Shown one piece after another: positions 25,571-37,398 of a stretch of 64,000 nt of DNA. The stretch is from Candidatus Stammera capleta (GTDB lineage: Bacteria > Pseudomonadota > Gammaproteobacteria > Enterobacterales > Enterobacteriaceae), in NCBI GenBank assembly GCA_036884345.1, contig CP145602.1, positions 35,394 to 99,393 of the forward strand, in the 5' to 3' direction. Below the pieces are notes generated by a model. The model was given only the letters and a program-made list of their open reading frames with translations, was not told where the DNA came from and did no database searches. Positions within the stretch are counted from its first letter, which is position 1. Each line of letters opens with the position of its first letter. Made by a program: the position numbers and the translations under genes.

Positions 25571-26428
25571 ATGTTAACTTTTCAAAAATTAATTTTCAAA
25601 TTAATTAAATATTGATGTAATTTAGGAAGTTGTTATATACAATCTTTAGATTTAGAAATTGGAGCAGGAACTTTTCATCCTATTACTTTTTTTAATGCAT
25701 TAAAAGGAAAATATTCTTTTTTTTCTTATATTCAATTATGTAGAAGACCATTAGATAGTAGATATGGAAATAATTTTTGTAGATTACAACAATATTATCA
25801 ATTTCAAGTAATTATTAAACCTACTATATTAAATATGCAAAATTTATATTTAAATTCTTTAAAGTTTATTGGTATAGATTTATCTAGATGTGATTTACGT
25901 TTTGTAGAAGATAATTGAGAAAATCCTAGTTTAGGTATTTATGGTGTAGGTTGAGAAATATGATTAAATGGTTTAGAAATAACTCAATTTACTTATTTTC
26001 AAAATATTTCTGGTTTTGATTGTAATCCTGTATTGGGAGAAATTACTTATGGTTTAGAAAGATTATCTTTATTTTTACAGAATGTTGATTCTATATATGA
26101 TTTAATTTGAAGTAAAAGTTTATATAATACTATTAAATATAGAGATATTTTTTTAAATAGTGAAAAAGAAAAATCTTGATATAATTTTAATAAATCAAAT
26201 ATAAATTTTTTAATTAATTCTTTTTTAAATTATGAATCTGAAGTTATAAGATTATTATCTTATAAAAAACCTTTAATAATGATTTCTTATGAATTTATAA
26301 TTAAGATGGTTCATTGTTTTAATTTATTAGATACAAGAAATTATTTTTCTAGTATTGAAAGACAAAATTTTATTTTACGTATTAGAAATTTATTTCATAA
26401 AATAGCTAAAATTTATGTTTATTTATAA
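25571..26428 (+). CDS. glyQ: glycine--tRNA ligase alpha subunit
   Basis: Hand translation gives [27 protein letters not shown] and [35 protein letters not shown], almost collinear with E. coli GlyQ. Many TGA=Trp codons explain why the track has no ORF here. Confidence 0.95.
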
Positions 26429-26449
26429 ATATATTTATAGGTAAATAAA

Positions 26450-28552
26450 ATGTTTAAATATGGTGTTTTATTAATTGAATTAAATACTGAGGAATTACCT
26501 ACAAAAAATTTAAAAAATATAGCTAAAAGTTTTTTATCTTTTTTTTTACATGAATTTAATAAAAATTTATTTTTTTGTTTAAAATATAATTATTATTATA
26601 CTAATAGAAAGATATCTTGTTTATTTGAAAATTTTAATTTTTATCAAATTTTAAATAAAAAATATATTTTTATTTATGGACCTAAAATAAATATAGAAAA
26701 TAAAATTAATTTTTTTAAAAATCCTTTATTATCTTGAATTAAAAAAAATAATATTAATTATAAGAAAATTAAATATATAAAATATAAAGAAAAAAAAATT
26801 TTTTTTGTAAAAAAAAAAATTGTTATTAAAGATATTAATTTTTATATAAATAGTATTTTTCATAATGTTTTATCAAAATTAATTAAAAGTTATAATATTA
26901 TGAGATGGGGTAAAAAAAATTTTGTTTTTATTAGACCTATAACTAATATAGTAGTTATGTTTAATAAAAAAATTTTAAATGTTAATTATTTAGGTTTGAA
27001 ATCTAATAACTTATTATTAGGTCATAGGTTTATAGGTAAGAAAAATATTATTTTAGATCATGCTAGTAAATATATTTTATATTTAGAAAAATATGGTAAA
27101 ATTATAATTGATCATAATATTCGTAGATATAAAATATTGTGTTTATTAAATAAAATATCTTTTAAAAAAAAAATTTCTTTTAATTATACTAACATTTTTT
27201 TAGAGAGTATTATTTCTGTTATAGAAATTCCGTTTTTAATGGTATGTAAATTTAGTAAAAAGTTTTTATTTTTACCAAAAGAATTATTAATTTATATAAT
27301 AGAAAAATTTTATGGTTTTCCTACTTTTAATATTAAAGGTAATTTATTAAATTATTTTATTATAATTAATAATATAAAATTTAGTTATACAGATTATAAA
27401 AATGTCAAAAATGATTATGAATATGTAATAAAATCTAAATTATTAGATATTAAAATATTATTTTTAAATGATAGAAATTTACCTCTTATAGGTTATTTAT
27501 CTAAATTAAAAAATATTGTTTTTTATAATAAATTAGGTAATATGTTAGATAAAACTAGAAGATTATTATATTTATCTAAAAAAATATCAAATATTTTAAA
27601 GAAATATAATTTTAATATAGATAATAGTTTGTTATTTCATGCTGTTTTATTATCTAAATGTGATTTAGCTACTTCTTTATGTAAAGAATATAAGAATATG
27701 AAAGGAATTATAGGTATGCATTATTCTTTATTAGATTATAATATTTTAAATTTATCTTTATCAATTAAAGATCATTATTTTACTAAATATTCTTATAATT
27801 TTATTCCTGTTAATATATATAGTATTATAATTTCATTAATAGATAAATTAGATACTTTAGTAGGTATATTTTTACTTTATAAATTTAAAACTACTAATGA
27901 TCCTTATGGTTTAAGAAAATTATCTATATCTATATTTAAAATTATTTGATATAATAATTTTTGTATAAATTTATATAATTTAATAAAATTTAATATTTTT
28001 TTATTTAAAAATATAAATTTTAATCAAAAAAATATTTTAAATATTATAAAATTTATTTTAAAACGTTCTATAATTTTTTTTTTATATTTAGGTTTTGAAA
28101 AAAAATTTATTAATTCTGTAATTAATTTAAAAATATTTAATTTTTTAGATTTAAAATTAAGATTAGAAACTATATGAAATATAAGAAATACAAAATATTT
28201 TTTATTATTTTTAAATTTAATTAAAAGAATTAGAAATATTTTATTAAAAGAAAAATTTTTAAGTTTTAAAAATAGTAAAATTATTAATACTTCTTATTTT
28301 CAATATAAAGAAGAAATAAATTTATATAAATATATTATATTTTTAAAAAAAAAAAAAAAAAAAATATTTATAAATTATAAATATAATAAATTAATAAATT
28401 ATTTTTTTATTTCAATTAAAAAAGTAGAAAATTTTTTTTCTTTTGTTAGAATTAATGTTGATAATTTAAATATTAAAATAAATAGATTAAATTTAATTAA
28501 TCAGTTAAATATAATATTTTTTGAGTTTGTAGATTTTAATAGTTTGTTATAA
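26450..28552 (+). CDS. glyS: glycine--tRNA ligase beta subunit
   Basis: Track ORFs 26450-26737 and 26900-27949 are in one frame and continue to TAA 28550-28552. IELNTEELP and MRWG are present. 700 aa, following glyQ. Confidence 0.88.
28345..28364 (+). repeat. A20 homopolymer inside glyS (poly-Lys)
   Basis: Counted directly: 20 consecutive A, in frame. Confidence 0.9.
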
Positions 28553-29657
28553 TTTTTTTTTTTAAAAGTATATTTTTTGTTATTATACCTCCTCCTAAAC
28601 ATATATTATATTTATATAAAACTGCTGATTGACCTAATGCAATAGCAAATATAGGTTTTTTAAAAAAAATTTTATTTTTTTTTTTAAATGTTATTTTACA
28701 AGGAATTTCTTTTTGTTGATTTCTAACTTTAATTTTACAGAATATAGTTTTATATTTTTTTTTTATATGTATAAAATATATTTTTTTAATATATATACCT
28801 TGTGAAAATAAATATTTGTTATTTCTTCCTTTTATAACTATTAATTGATTAGTTTTTTTTTTTTTTTTAACTACATAATATGGTTTATGACTGTTTTTTT
28901 TTATATTTAAATTTTTTCTTTGTCCTATAGTATAATAAAAAAGTCCTTGATGATATCCAATAATTTTATTATTTTTTATATTAATAATATTACCAGGTTT
29001 ATTATGAATATATTTTTTAATAAAAATTTTATATTTTCTTTTACCTATATAACATATACCTGTTGAATCTTTTTTATTAGCGTTAATAAATTTTAAATTA
29101 ATAGCAATTTGACGAATTTTTTTTTTGTAATAATTACCTAAAGGAAAAATAATTTTTTTAATTTGTTTTTGATTTATTCTATATAAAAAATAGCTTTGAT
29201 CTTTTTTGTTATCTATACCTTTAAGTAATATAAATTTATTTTTTTTTTTTTTTTTAATTACATAATGTCCTGTAGCTAAATAATCAGAATGTAATATTTT
29301 TAAAACAAAATTTAATAATACTTTAAATTTTATTTCTTTATTACATAATATATCTGGATTAGGTGTTAATGCTTTTTTTAAATTTTTAATAAATTTTTGA
29401 AAAACATTTTTTCAATATTCATAAGAAAAATTAATTTTATGTAATTTTATTTTTAATTGTTTACATATATTTATAGAATCTAAATAATCTTTTTTAGAAT
29501 TACAATAGTTATTATTATCTTCATTTTCCCAATTTTTCATAAATATACATTCTACATTAAAACCTAATTTTTGTAATATTCATGCAGTTACAGAAGAATC
29601 TACTCCTCCAGATAATGCTACTATAATTTTATATTTTTTTATTATTTTAAATTTCAT
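28536..29657 (-). CDS. mnmA: tRNA-specific 2-thiouridylase
   Basis: The N-terminus reads [38 protein letters not shown] and the C-terminus CLGGGII. 373 aa with many TGA codons. Confidence 0.92.
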
Positions 29658-30815
29658 TTATTTTTTAAATATAGTTTTATAAAAAAAATTTTTAATTAAT
29701 AGAAATAATCATTCTAGACAATATTTTATTATATTATTGTTATTATGTTCTTCTAAAGAAATTAACAAATTTTTTTTTTTTTTAGTATTTATTATAATTT
29801 TTCCTATAATTTGTTTTTTTTTTATTGGTGATTTAATAATTTTAAATATTTTTAAAATAATTTTTCTTTTAGTAATATTTTTTTTTTTATATAATATATA
29901 TATATTCTTATTACAACCTAAATTAATATATTTATTTTTACTAAATCATATTTTATAATTTATTATTTTAGTATTTTTTTTAAATATTTTTTTAATTTTA
30001 AAATTATTAAATCCTCATTCTATAAGTTTTTGAGTATCTCTATTTCTATCTTCTATAGATTTAGATCCTAAAATAACAGATATTAATCTAAAATTATTTT
30101 TTTTTGCTGAAGTAATTAAATTATATCCTGCTTTATTAGTATGACCTGTTTTTATACCATCTATATAAAATTTTTTATTTCATAATAATATATTTCTGTT
30201 TTTTTGTTCAATATTATTAAATTTAAATTTTTTATTACTATATATTTTATATTCTTTAGGAAAATTTTTAATTAATAAAATACTTAATTTTACCATATCT
30301 TTAGATGTTGTATATTGATTATTATAATCTAATCCATGTACTGTTTTAAAATTAGTATTATTAAGTTTCATATTTTTAGCATAATTGTTCATTAATTTAA
30401 TAAATTTTTTTTCATTACCAGAAATATATTCTGCTATAGCAACACTAGCATCATTACCAGATTGTATTATCATACCTTGATTAAGTTTTTTTAAATTTAC
30501 TTTGTCATTTTTTTTAAGAAACATTAAAGATGATTTTTTAAATAAAGGATTTTTAAAAGAAGAATTATAATTAATTTTAACTAAATTATTTAAAGATATT
30601 TTTTTGGATTTTAATTTATCTAATAAAATGTAATTAGTCATTATTTTAGTTAAACTTGCTGGAGCTAATTTTAAATTAATGTTTTTTTTAGCTAATATTT
30701 TTTGTGAATTATAATCTACTAAAATAAATGATTTAGCAGTAATATTATTATATATATTATTTGCTCATGTGTTATTTAAAATTATTAATATTAATAATAG
30801 TTTAATTTTATTCAT
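29658..30815 (-). CDS. dacA: D-alanyl-D-alanine carboxypeptidase (PBP5/6 family)
   Basis: The N-terminus MNKIKLLLILII is signal-like. Motifs include APASLTKIMT (SxxK), QSGNDASVA (SxN), W-...DGIKTGHTNKAGYNL (KTG) and LIEW-GF. Hand translation stays open to the stop at 29658-29660. Confidence 0.9.
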
Positions 30816-31890
30816 ATTCTTTTTTTTTTTTTATTGACATTATTATACCAAACATACACATGTTGGTTATTAAAGATGTACCACCATAACTTATTAAGGG
30901 TAATGGTATACCTACTATAGGTAATAATCCACTAACCATACATATATTAACAATTGTATTAACAAAAAATATTATTACAAAACTTGTTGAAAATAATTTT
31001 TCAAAAAATGTTTTACTATTGATGGATATTAAAAAACTTCTTAATATTAGTAGACTATATATACTTATTGTAAAACATACACCTAAAAATCCCTGTTCTT
31101 CTGCTATAATAGTAAATATAAAATCTGTTTTTTTTTCTGGTATAAATCCTAGTTTTGATTGTGTACCTTTAAATATTCCTTTACCATATTTTCCTCCTGA
31201 ACCTATAGATATTTTAGATTGATAAATTTGATATCCATTTTTTAAGGAGTTATTGTTAGTAATTAGAGTAATAATTCTTTCTTTTTGATAATTGTGTAGA
31301 AAAAATTTTCATAATATTGGAGAGAATATACTAATTAAAAATATTAATACTAAAATCATTTTTTTATTAATTCCACCTAAATATAATGTTATTATTCCAG
31401 AAATTATTATTAGTATTGATGTACCTAAATCTGGTTGTAAATAAACTAATATTGCTGGTATTAAAATAATTATTTTAGTTTTTAATAAATCTTTAAATTT
31501 TAATGGATGATTGTCATTTATATATTTAGCTATAATTATAGGTATAATTAATTTAACTATTTCAGATGGTTGAAATTGTAATATACCTATGTTAATTCAT
31601 CTTTTAGCTCCTTTAATTATATGACCATTTATATAAACTAAAATTAAAAGTATATTACATATAATATAAAATATGTATGAATTATTTTTATAAAATGTAT
31701 TTTTAAATTTAGATGCTATAATCATAGCTATAAAACTTATACATAAATGTATAATTCTTTTATATATTAAATAAATATCTTTATTACTAGCACTATATAT
31801 AAGTAAAATACTATAAATATTTAATATAACAATACATATTAATATTGTTAGATCTAAATTTTGATAAATATTTTTTATTTTTTTAATCAT
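30808..31890 (-). CDS. mrdB: peptidoglycan glycosyltransferase RodA (SEDS family)
   Basis: Track ORF 31597-31890 is extended through TGA. QPSEIVKL, LQPDLGT and PLPLISYGGTS are present. 360 aa, downstream of mrdA. Confidence 0.9.
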
Positions 31891-31894
31891 TTAT

Positions 31895-33682
31895 TTATAA
31901 AGTTTTTATTTGTTTTTTATATAAATAATCTGTTATTTTTCTCATTATATAACCTATTTTAGGTCCATTACCTCCATGATCTAATACAATAGATATTGCA
32001 AAATTTGGTTTTTTATATGGTATAAATGCATTCATTAATGTATGATCTTTAAGTAATTGATTTTTATTTTTTAAAAAATAATTTTTTTGTAATGAAATAA
32101 TTTGTGCTGTACCAGATTTAATTGCTACTTTATATTTTATATTTAAAAAATTTTTATATGCAGTACCATTTTTTTTACATGCTACTCCATACATACTTTT
32201 TTTAATAATTTTTCAATATTTTTTTTTAATATTTTTTATTTTTTGGATATAAGGTTTATATTTTTTTTCATTTTCTATTTTTTTTAATAAATGTGGTTTT
32301 ATTATTAATCCATTATTTATTAATATTGTTAATGCTTTATTCATTTGTATAGGTGTAATAGCTAAATAACCTTGACCTATACCTATTGAAATAGTATTAC
32401 CTATATATCAATTTTTTTTTAATATGTTTTTATTGGGTATAATACCATCTTGTTCATTTGGTAAATCTATATTAGTTTTTTGTCCATAACCAAATATTTT
32501 AATTCATTTAATTAATTTATTTATACCCATATTATATGCTATATTATAATAAAATGTATCTGAAGATTCTTCTATAGATTTTTTAATATTTATTAAACCA
32601 TGTCCTAATGTTTTTCAGTCGTAAAATATTTTTTTTATTTTAGGTAATTTTCATCATCCTGGATCAAACATTATATATTTAATATTAATTATTTTTTCTT
32701 GTAATGCTGCTAAACAAATGTATGGTTTAATAGTTGAGGCTGGAGGGTATATTCCTTGTATAGATTTATTTATTAATGGTTTATGAGGATTATTAATTAT
32801 TTTATTATATCGTTTATTAGATATATTATTAGTAAATATATTAGGATCATATCCTGGAGTAGATACTAGAGATAATATTTCTCCGTTATTAGGATTAGAT
32901 ATTATTATAGAAGATTGATTATTTTTTACTAATTTATATATAAATTTTTGTATATTAATATCTATAGTTAAATATATATTTTTTCCTACATGTGGTTTTT
33001 TAATATTGGTACTATTTAATATAGTTCCTTGACTATTTAATATTATTTTATTTATTCCGTTTTTACCATGTAATATATTTTCATAATATTTTTCTATTCC
33101 ATTTTGACCAATATAATTATTGGTGTTTTTGTCTTTTGATACATATCCTATAATAGAAGATAAAATTTTTTTATATGGATAATATCTAGTTTTTTTTTTT
33201 TTAAGAAAAAGATTTTTGAAAATTATTTTATTTCTATAATATTCAATTAAATCTTTAGAATTAAGATATTTTTTTATAATAATGTTTTTATTTGTATTTT
33301 TTTTACTTATTTCAATAAGATAATTAATTTTTTCTTTTGTTATAAAAATTTTTTTTTTTAAAATTTTTAATATATTTTTTATTTTATTAAATTTATTTGA
33401 TGTAATAACTAAATAATAATAATTTTTATTTATAACTAATGGTATTTTATTTCTGTCGTATATAATACCTCTATATGGTATACTTGGTACTAGTTTAGTG
33501 TAATTATTTTTAGCTAAACTTGAATAGTATTTAAAATTGATAATTTGTAATTTATATATATTTAATATAATTATCATTAATATTAAAAATAATACAGTTA
33601 TTATTTGTTTAGATCTTTTAATAAAAGTGTAATTTTTTTTTTTATTGTAATAATAGAAGTAATTTTTATTTTTAAAATTCAT
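31895..33682 (-). CDS. mrdA: penicillin-binding protein 2 (elongasome transpeptidase)
   Basis: Track ORFs 32654-33682 and 31895-32194 are in one frame. I translated the gap by hand and found no TAA/TAG. PPASTIKP (SxxK), SIGIGQGYLAITPIQM and AIKSGTAQ (KSGT) are present. Confidence 0.92.
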
Positions 33683-33811
33683 ATTTTTATTTATTTAATA
33701 ATTTATTATTATTTTATTTTTTAGATTAAATTATTAAGATGTATAATATATTATACATATATATAGAAATATAATTTAATATTTATTAATTTAAATTATA
33801 AAAAGAGTATT

Positions 33812-35482
33812 ATGTTTAAAAATCCTGTTAAAACTAAAAGTTGATTAAATTTAAATAATCATTTTTTATCTATTAAAAATGTTAAAATATTTGATCTTTT
33901 TAAAAAAGATAAAAAAAGATTTGATAATTTTTCTATTAATTTTGATGATAATATTTTAGTAGATTTTTCTAAAAATCGTGTTATTTTGAAAACTTTAAAA
34001 TTATTTGAAGATTTGTTATATGAAATTAATTTTAAAAATTATATTTATTCTATGCTTATAGGTGAAAATATTAATTTTACAGAAAATAAACCAGTTTTAC
34101 ATTTTTTACTAAGAGATAGAAAAAATATTTTTTTGAAAAATAATAAAGATTTTTTAGATATTAAAAAAGATATAGATACTAATTTAAATAAAATAAAATT
34201 TTTTACAGATAAAATATTAAATGGAGAATGATTGGGTTATACTGGTAAAAAAATTGTTAATATTGTTAATGTTGGTATAGGTGGGTCTGATATAGGACCT
34301 CGTATGATTATAAAAGCTTTATCTTTATATAAAAAAAAAAAAATTAATATATATTTTGTATCTAATATAGATTCTACGGATATTAAAAAAATTTTAGATA
34401 AATTAACTCCTGAAAATACTATTTTTATAATATGTTCTAAGACTTTTACTACTTTAGAAACATTAAATAATGCAAAAATTTTACGTAAGTGAGTTTTAGA
34501 TTTTTATAATAATAAAGAAAAATCTTTAAGTTATCATTTTATATTAATATCAAGTAATTTTTCTGAATCTATTAAATTTGGTGTAAATTTAAATAATATT
34601 TTTATTGTGCATGATTGAGTAGGAGGTAGATATTCTTTTTGTTCAGCTTTTGGTATTTCTATTTCTTTAGCTATAGGTTTTAATAATTTTATTAAATTAT
34701 TAGATGGTGCACATAATATGGATTTACATTTTTTTAGTTCACCTTATTTAAAAAATATACCTATTATATTAGCTATTTTAAGTATTTGATATAGTAATTT
34801 TTTTAATTTTCATACTGAAGCTATATTAGCTTACAATGAAAATTTATTTTATTTACCTATGTATTTACAACAACTTGTTATGGAATCTAATGGTAAATAT
34901 ATAGATTATAATGGTAATTATATTAATGAATATTGTACTTCTCCTATTATTTGAGGTGGTATAGGTACAATATCTCAGCATTCTTTTTATCAATTATTAC
35001 ATCAAGGTACATATATTGTTCCTTGTGATTTTGTAGGAGAAATTGTAAATATTAATAACATTAATAATTCTCATTTAAAATTAATGTCTAATTTTTTTTC
35101 TCAAACACAAGCATTAGCTTTTGGTAATAAAATTTTTAAAAAATATAATTTAAGTAATAATTTTAACAATTCTAACAAATTTATGGAATTTAAAGGTAAC
35201 AGACCTTCTAATAGTATATTAATTAAAAAAATTAATCCTTATAATTTAGGAGCATTAATATCTTTATATGAACATAAAGTTTTTACTCAAGGTATTATTT
35301 TAAATATATCTAGTTTTGATCAATGAGGTGTAGAATTAGGTAAAAAATTATCTAATTTATTATTTCCTTACTTAGGTAAAAATAATTTTTTACAAAGTAA
35401 AAATTTTAAAAAAAAACTTTATTTAGATAATTCTACATTAAATTTAGTAAATTTTTTTAATAAAAAATATCTTAATAACTAA
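33812..35482 (+). CDS. pgi: glucose-6-phosphate isomerase
   Basis: ATG at 33812. The frame is the same as track ORFs 33986, 34232 and 35084. [14 protein letters not shown] and SFDQW(TGA)GVELGK are present. 556 aa. Confidence 0.93.
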
Positions 35483-35497
35483 AATTATATAAATAAA

Positions 35498-35758
35498 ATG
35501 GCTAATACTAAATCTTCCAAAAAAAGAATTTTAATAAATAAATTAAGAAATAGATTTAATACAAGTAAAAAATCTAAGTTAAAAACTTATATTAAAAAAG
35601 TTAAATTAGCAATTAAAAATAAAGATAAAATACTTGCTAAAAAATACTATCTTATAGTACAATCTTTTTTAGATAAATATTCTTGTAAAAATATTATACA
35701 TTTTAATAAGTCTTCTAGATATAAATCTATTATATTAAAATTAATTAATAATTTGTAA
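35498..35758 (+). CDS. rpsT: 30S ribosomal protein S20
   Basis: Track ORF of 86 aa with the N-terminus MANTKSSKKRILIN. Confidence 0.9.
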   Translation: MANTKSSKKRILINKLRNRFNTSKKSKLKTYIKKVKLAIKNKDKILAKKYYLIVQSFLDKYSCKNIIHFNKSSRYKSIILKLINNL

Positions 35759-35762
35759 AAAT

Positions 35763-36542
35763 TTATTTTTTTTTATATTTTGAATAAATATTTGTTATTT
35801 TATAAAATTTGTTTGTTGAAATTTCTCTAGGTCTTTTATTTAAATTAATATTTAATTTATTTAATTTATTTAAAATTTTTTTATTTAAAATATTTTTTAA
35901 ATTATTAATAATTTTTTTATTTTTTTTTTTAAAAGAATTATTTAATATATGTTTAAAATGATTAATATTAATATATTTTTTTTTTTTTTTTGGTATTAAT
36001 TTTATAAAAACAGAATCTACTTTGGGTACAGGAAAAAAATTTATTTTTTTAATTTTTATAAGATATTTAATTTTAAATATATATTTTATTAATAAACTTA
36101 GTTGATTAAATTTTTTATTTTTTTTTTTGTTTATTAATGAATAATAAAATTCTTTTTGTATTGTTATATGTATATCTTTAATAATTTTATAATTTTTAAT
36201 TAATTTAACTAAGATTTTTTTTGTTATATAGTAAGGTATATTACCAAATATTCTAATTTTTTTTTTTTTTTTTAAAAAAAAATTTAAGAAGTTAAATTTT
36301 AATACATCTACATTAATTATATTAAAATTTTTATTATTATTTTTTTTAATTAAATAATTGTCTATTTCTAATGAAGTAACTTTTTTATTAAATTTTATTA
36401 TTTCTTTAGTTAATTCTCCATTACCAAAACCTATTTCTAATAAATTATGTTTTTTTTTAGGTTTTATATAATAAATAATTTTTTTAATTATTTTTTTGTT
36501 TTTTAAGAATATTTGTCCTAAGCTATTTTTAATTTTTAACAT
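35763..36542 (-). CDS. rsmA: 16S rRNA (adenine1518/1519-N6)-dimethyltransferase
   Basis: Track ORF of 259 aa with LGQIFL, EIGFGNGELT and GNIPYYIT. Confidence 0.88.
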   Translation of the reverse strand: MLKIKNSLGQIFLKNKKIIKKIIYYIKPKKKHNLLEIGFGNGELTKEIIKFNKKVTSLEIDNYLIKKNNNKNFNIINVDVLKFNFLNFFLKKKKKIRIFGNIPYYITKKILVKLIKNYKIIKDIHITIQKEFYYSLINKKKNKKFNQLSLLIKYIFKIKYLIKIKKINFFPVPKVDSVFIKLIPKKKKKYININHFKHILNNSFKKKNKKIINNLKNILNKKILNKLNKLNINLNKRPREISTNKFYKITNIYSKYKKK

Positions 36543-36673
36543 TTTTTTTAATTAGTATAATTTATTATTTATTTAATAATATTTATATATATTATTAATT
36601 ATTATTTATTAATTTATGTTATAATATTTGTGTAATTTTATCAGTTTAATTTTTTAAAAATTTTATAATAGAT

Positions 36674-37396
36674 ATGAAATTATATTTTAAATATTTAATT
36701 TTAAATCATTTGTATGCAGCTTATTTTTTTATTTTTTGAGTATCTTTTTTTGAATCTTTGGCTTTTTTAGGTTTTTTTATACCTAGTAGTATTGTAATGT
36801 TTTTAATAGGTTTTTTTATAGGAAATAAAAATATTAATTTTTATTATGCATATTTTTTGGTAGTTTTAGGTTGTACTTTAGGAGATATAGTATCTTATTA
36901 TGTTGGATCTTATTATAAGAAATATTTATTTTATTTTCGTAAAAAAATATCTAATTATGTAAATATTTTTGAATATATATTTGAATATTTTAAAGAAAAT
37001 TCATATTACTTAATTATTTTTAGTAAATTTACTGGTCCTGTAAAGTCATTTTTTTTTTTTATTTCAGGGATGTTAGATATTCCTATGAAAAAAATTTTTT
37101 TTCCAAATTTTATAAGTACTTTATTATGAGTAATATCTTTTTTTATGCCTGGTATATTATCAGGTGTAGCATTAATATTACCTAATAGTTTTTATTTTAG
37201 AATAAATTTGTTTAGTTTTATATTTTTATTTATTTTTTGTATTTATATATTTTTAAAATGATTAAAAATATATAAAATTTTTTCTAATTTTTTTTATATT
37301 GTTTTTATAATTTTGTGTATGAAACATTTATTAATTTTGTTAAATAGTAAAATCTTTTATATATTTCTTAAATTAATGTTAAAGATTTTTTTTTAA
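36674..37396 (+). CDS. DedA-family inner-membrane protein (YabI-like)
   Basis: ATG at 36674 is upstream of track ORF 36758-37129 in the same frame. FFESLAFLGFFIPS, LGCTLGDIVSYYVG and SKFTGPVKSFFFFISGMLDIPMKKIFFPNFISTLLW(TGA) match the DedA signature (RF.gP.R..vp..aG...m....F...N..Sa.lW). Confidence 0.7.
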
Positions 37397-37398
37397 AA

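Noticed and set aside
29737-29958. 73-aa plus-strand ORF (MLLCSSKEINKFFFF…) in an apparent gap after mnmA.
   Set aside because: The opposite strand is the C-terminal domain of dacA once TGA is read through. The F/I/L-rich sequence is the mirror image of K/N/I-rich coding DNA.
31019-31222. 67-aa plus-strand ORF.
   Set aside because: It is antisense to rodA (mrdB), which is conserved over this stretch.
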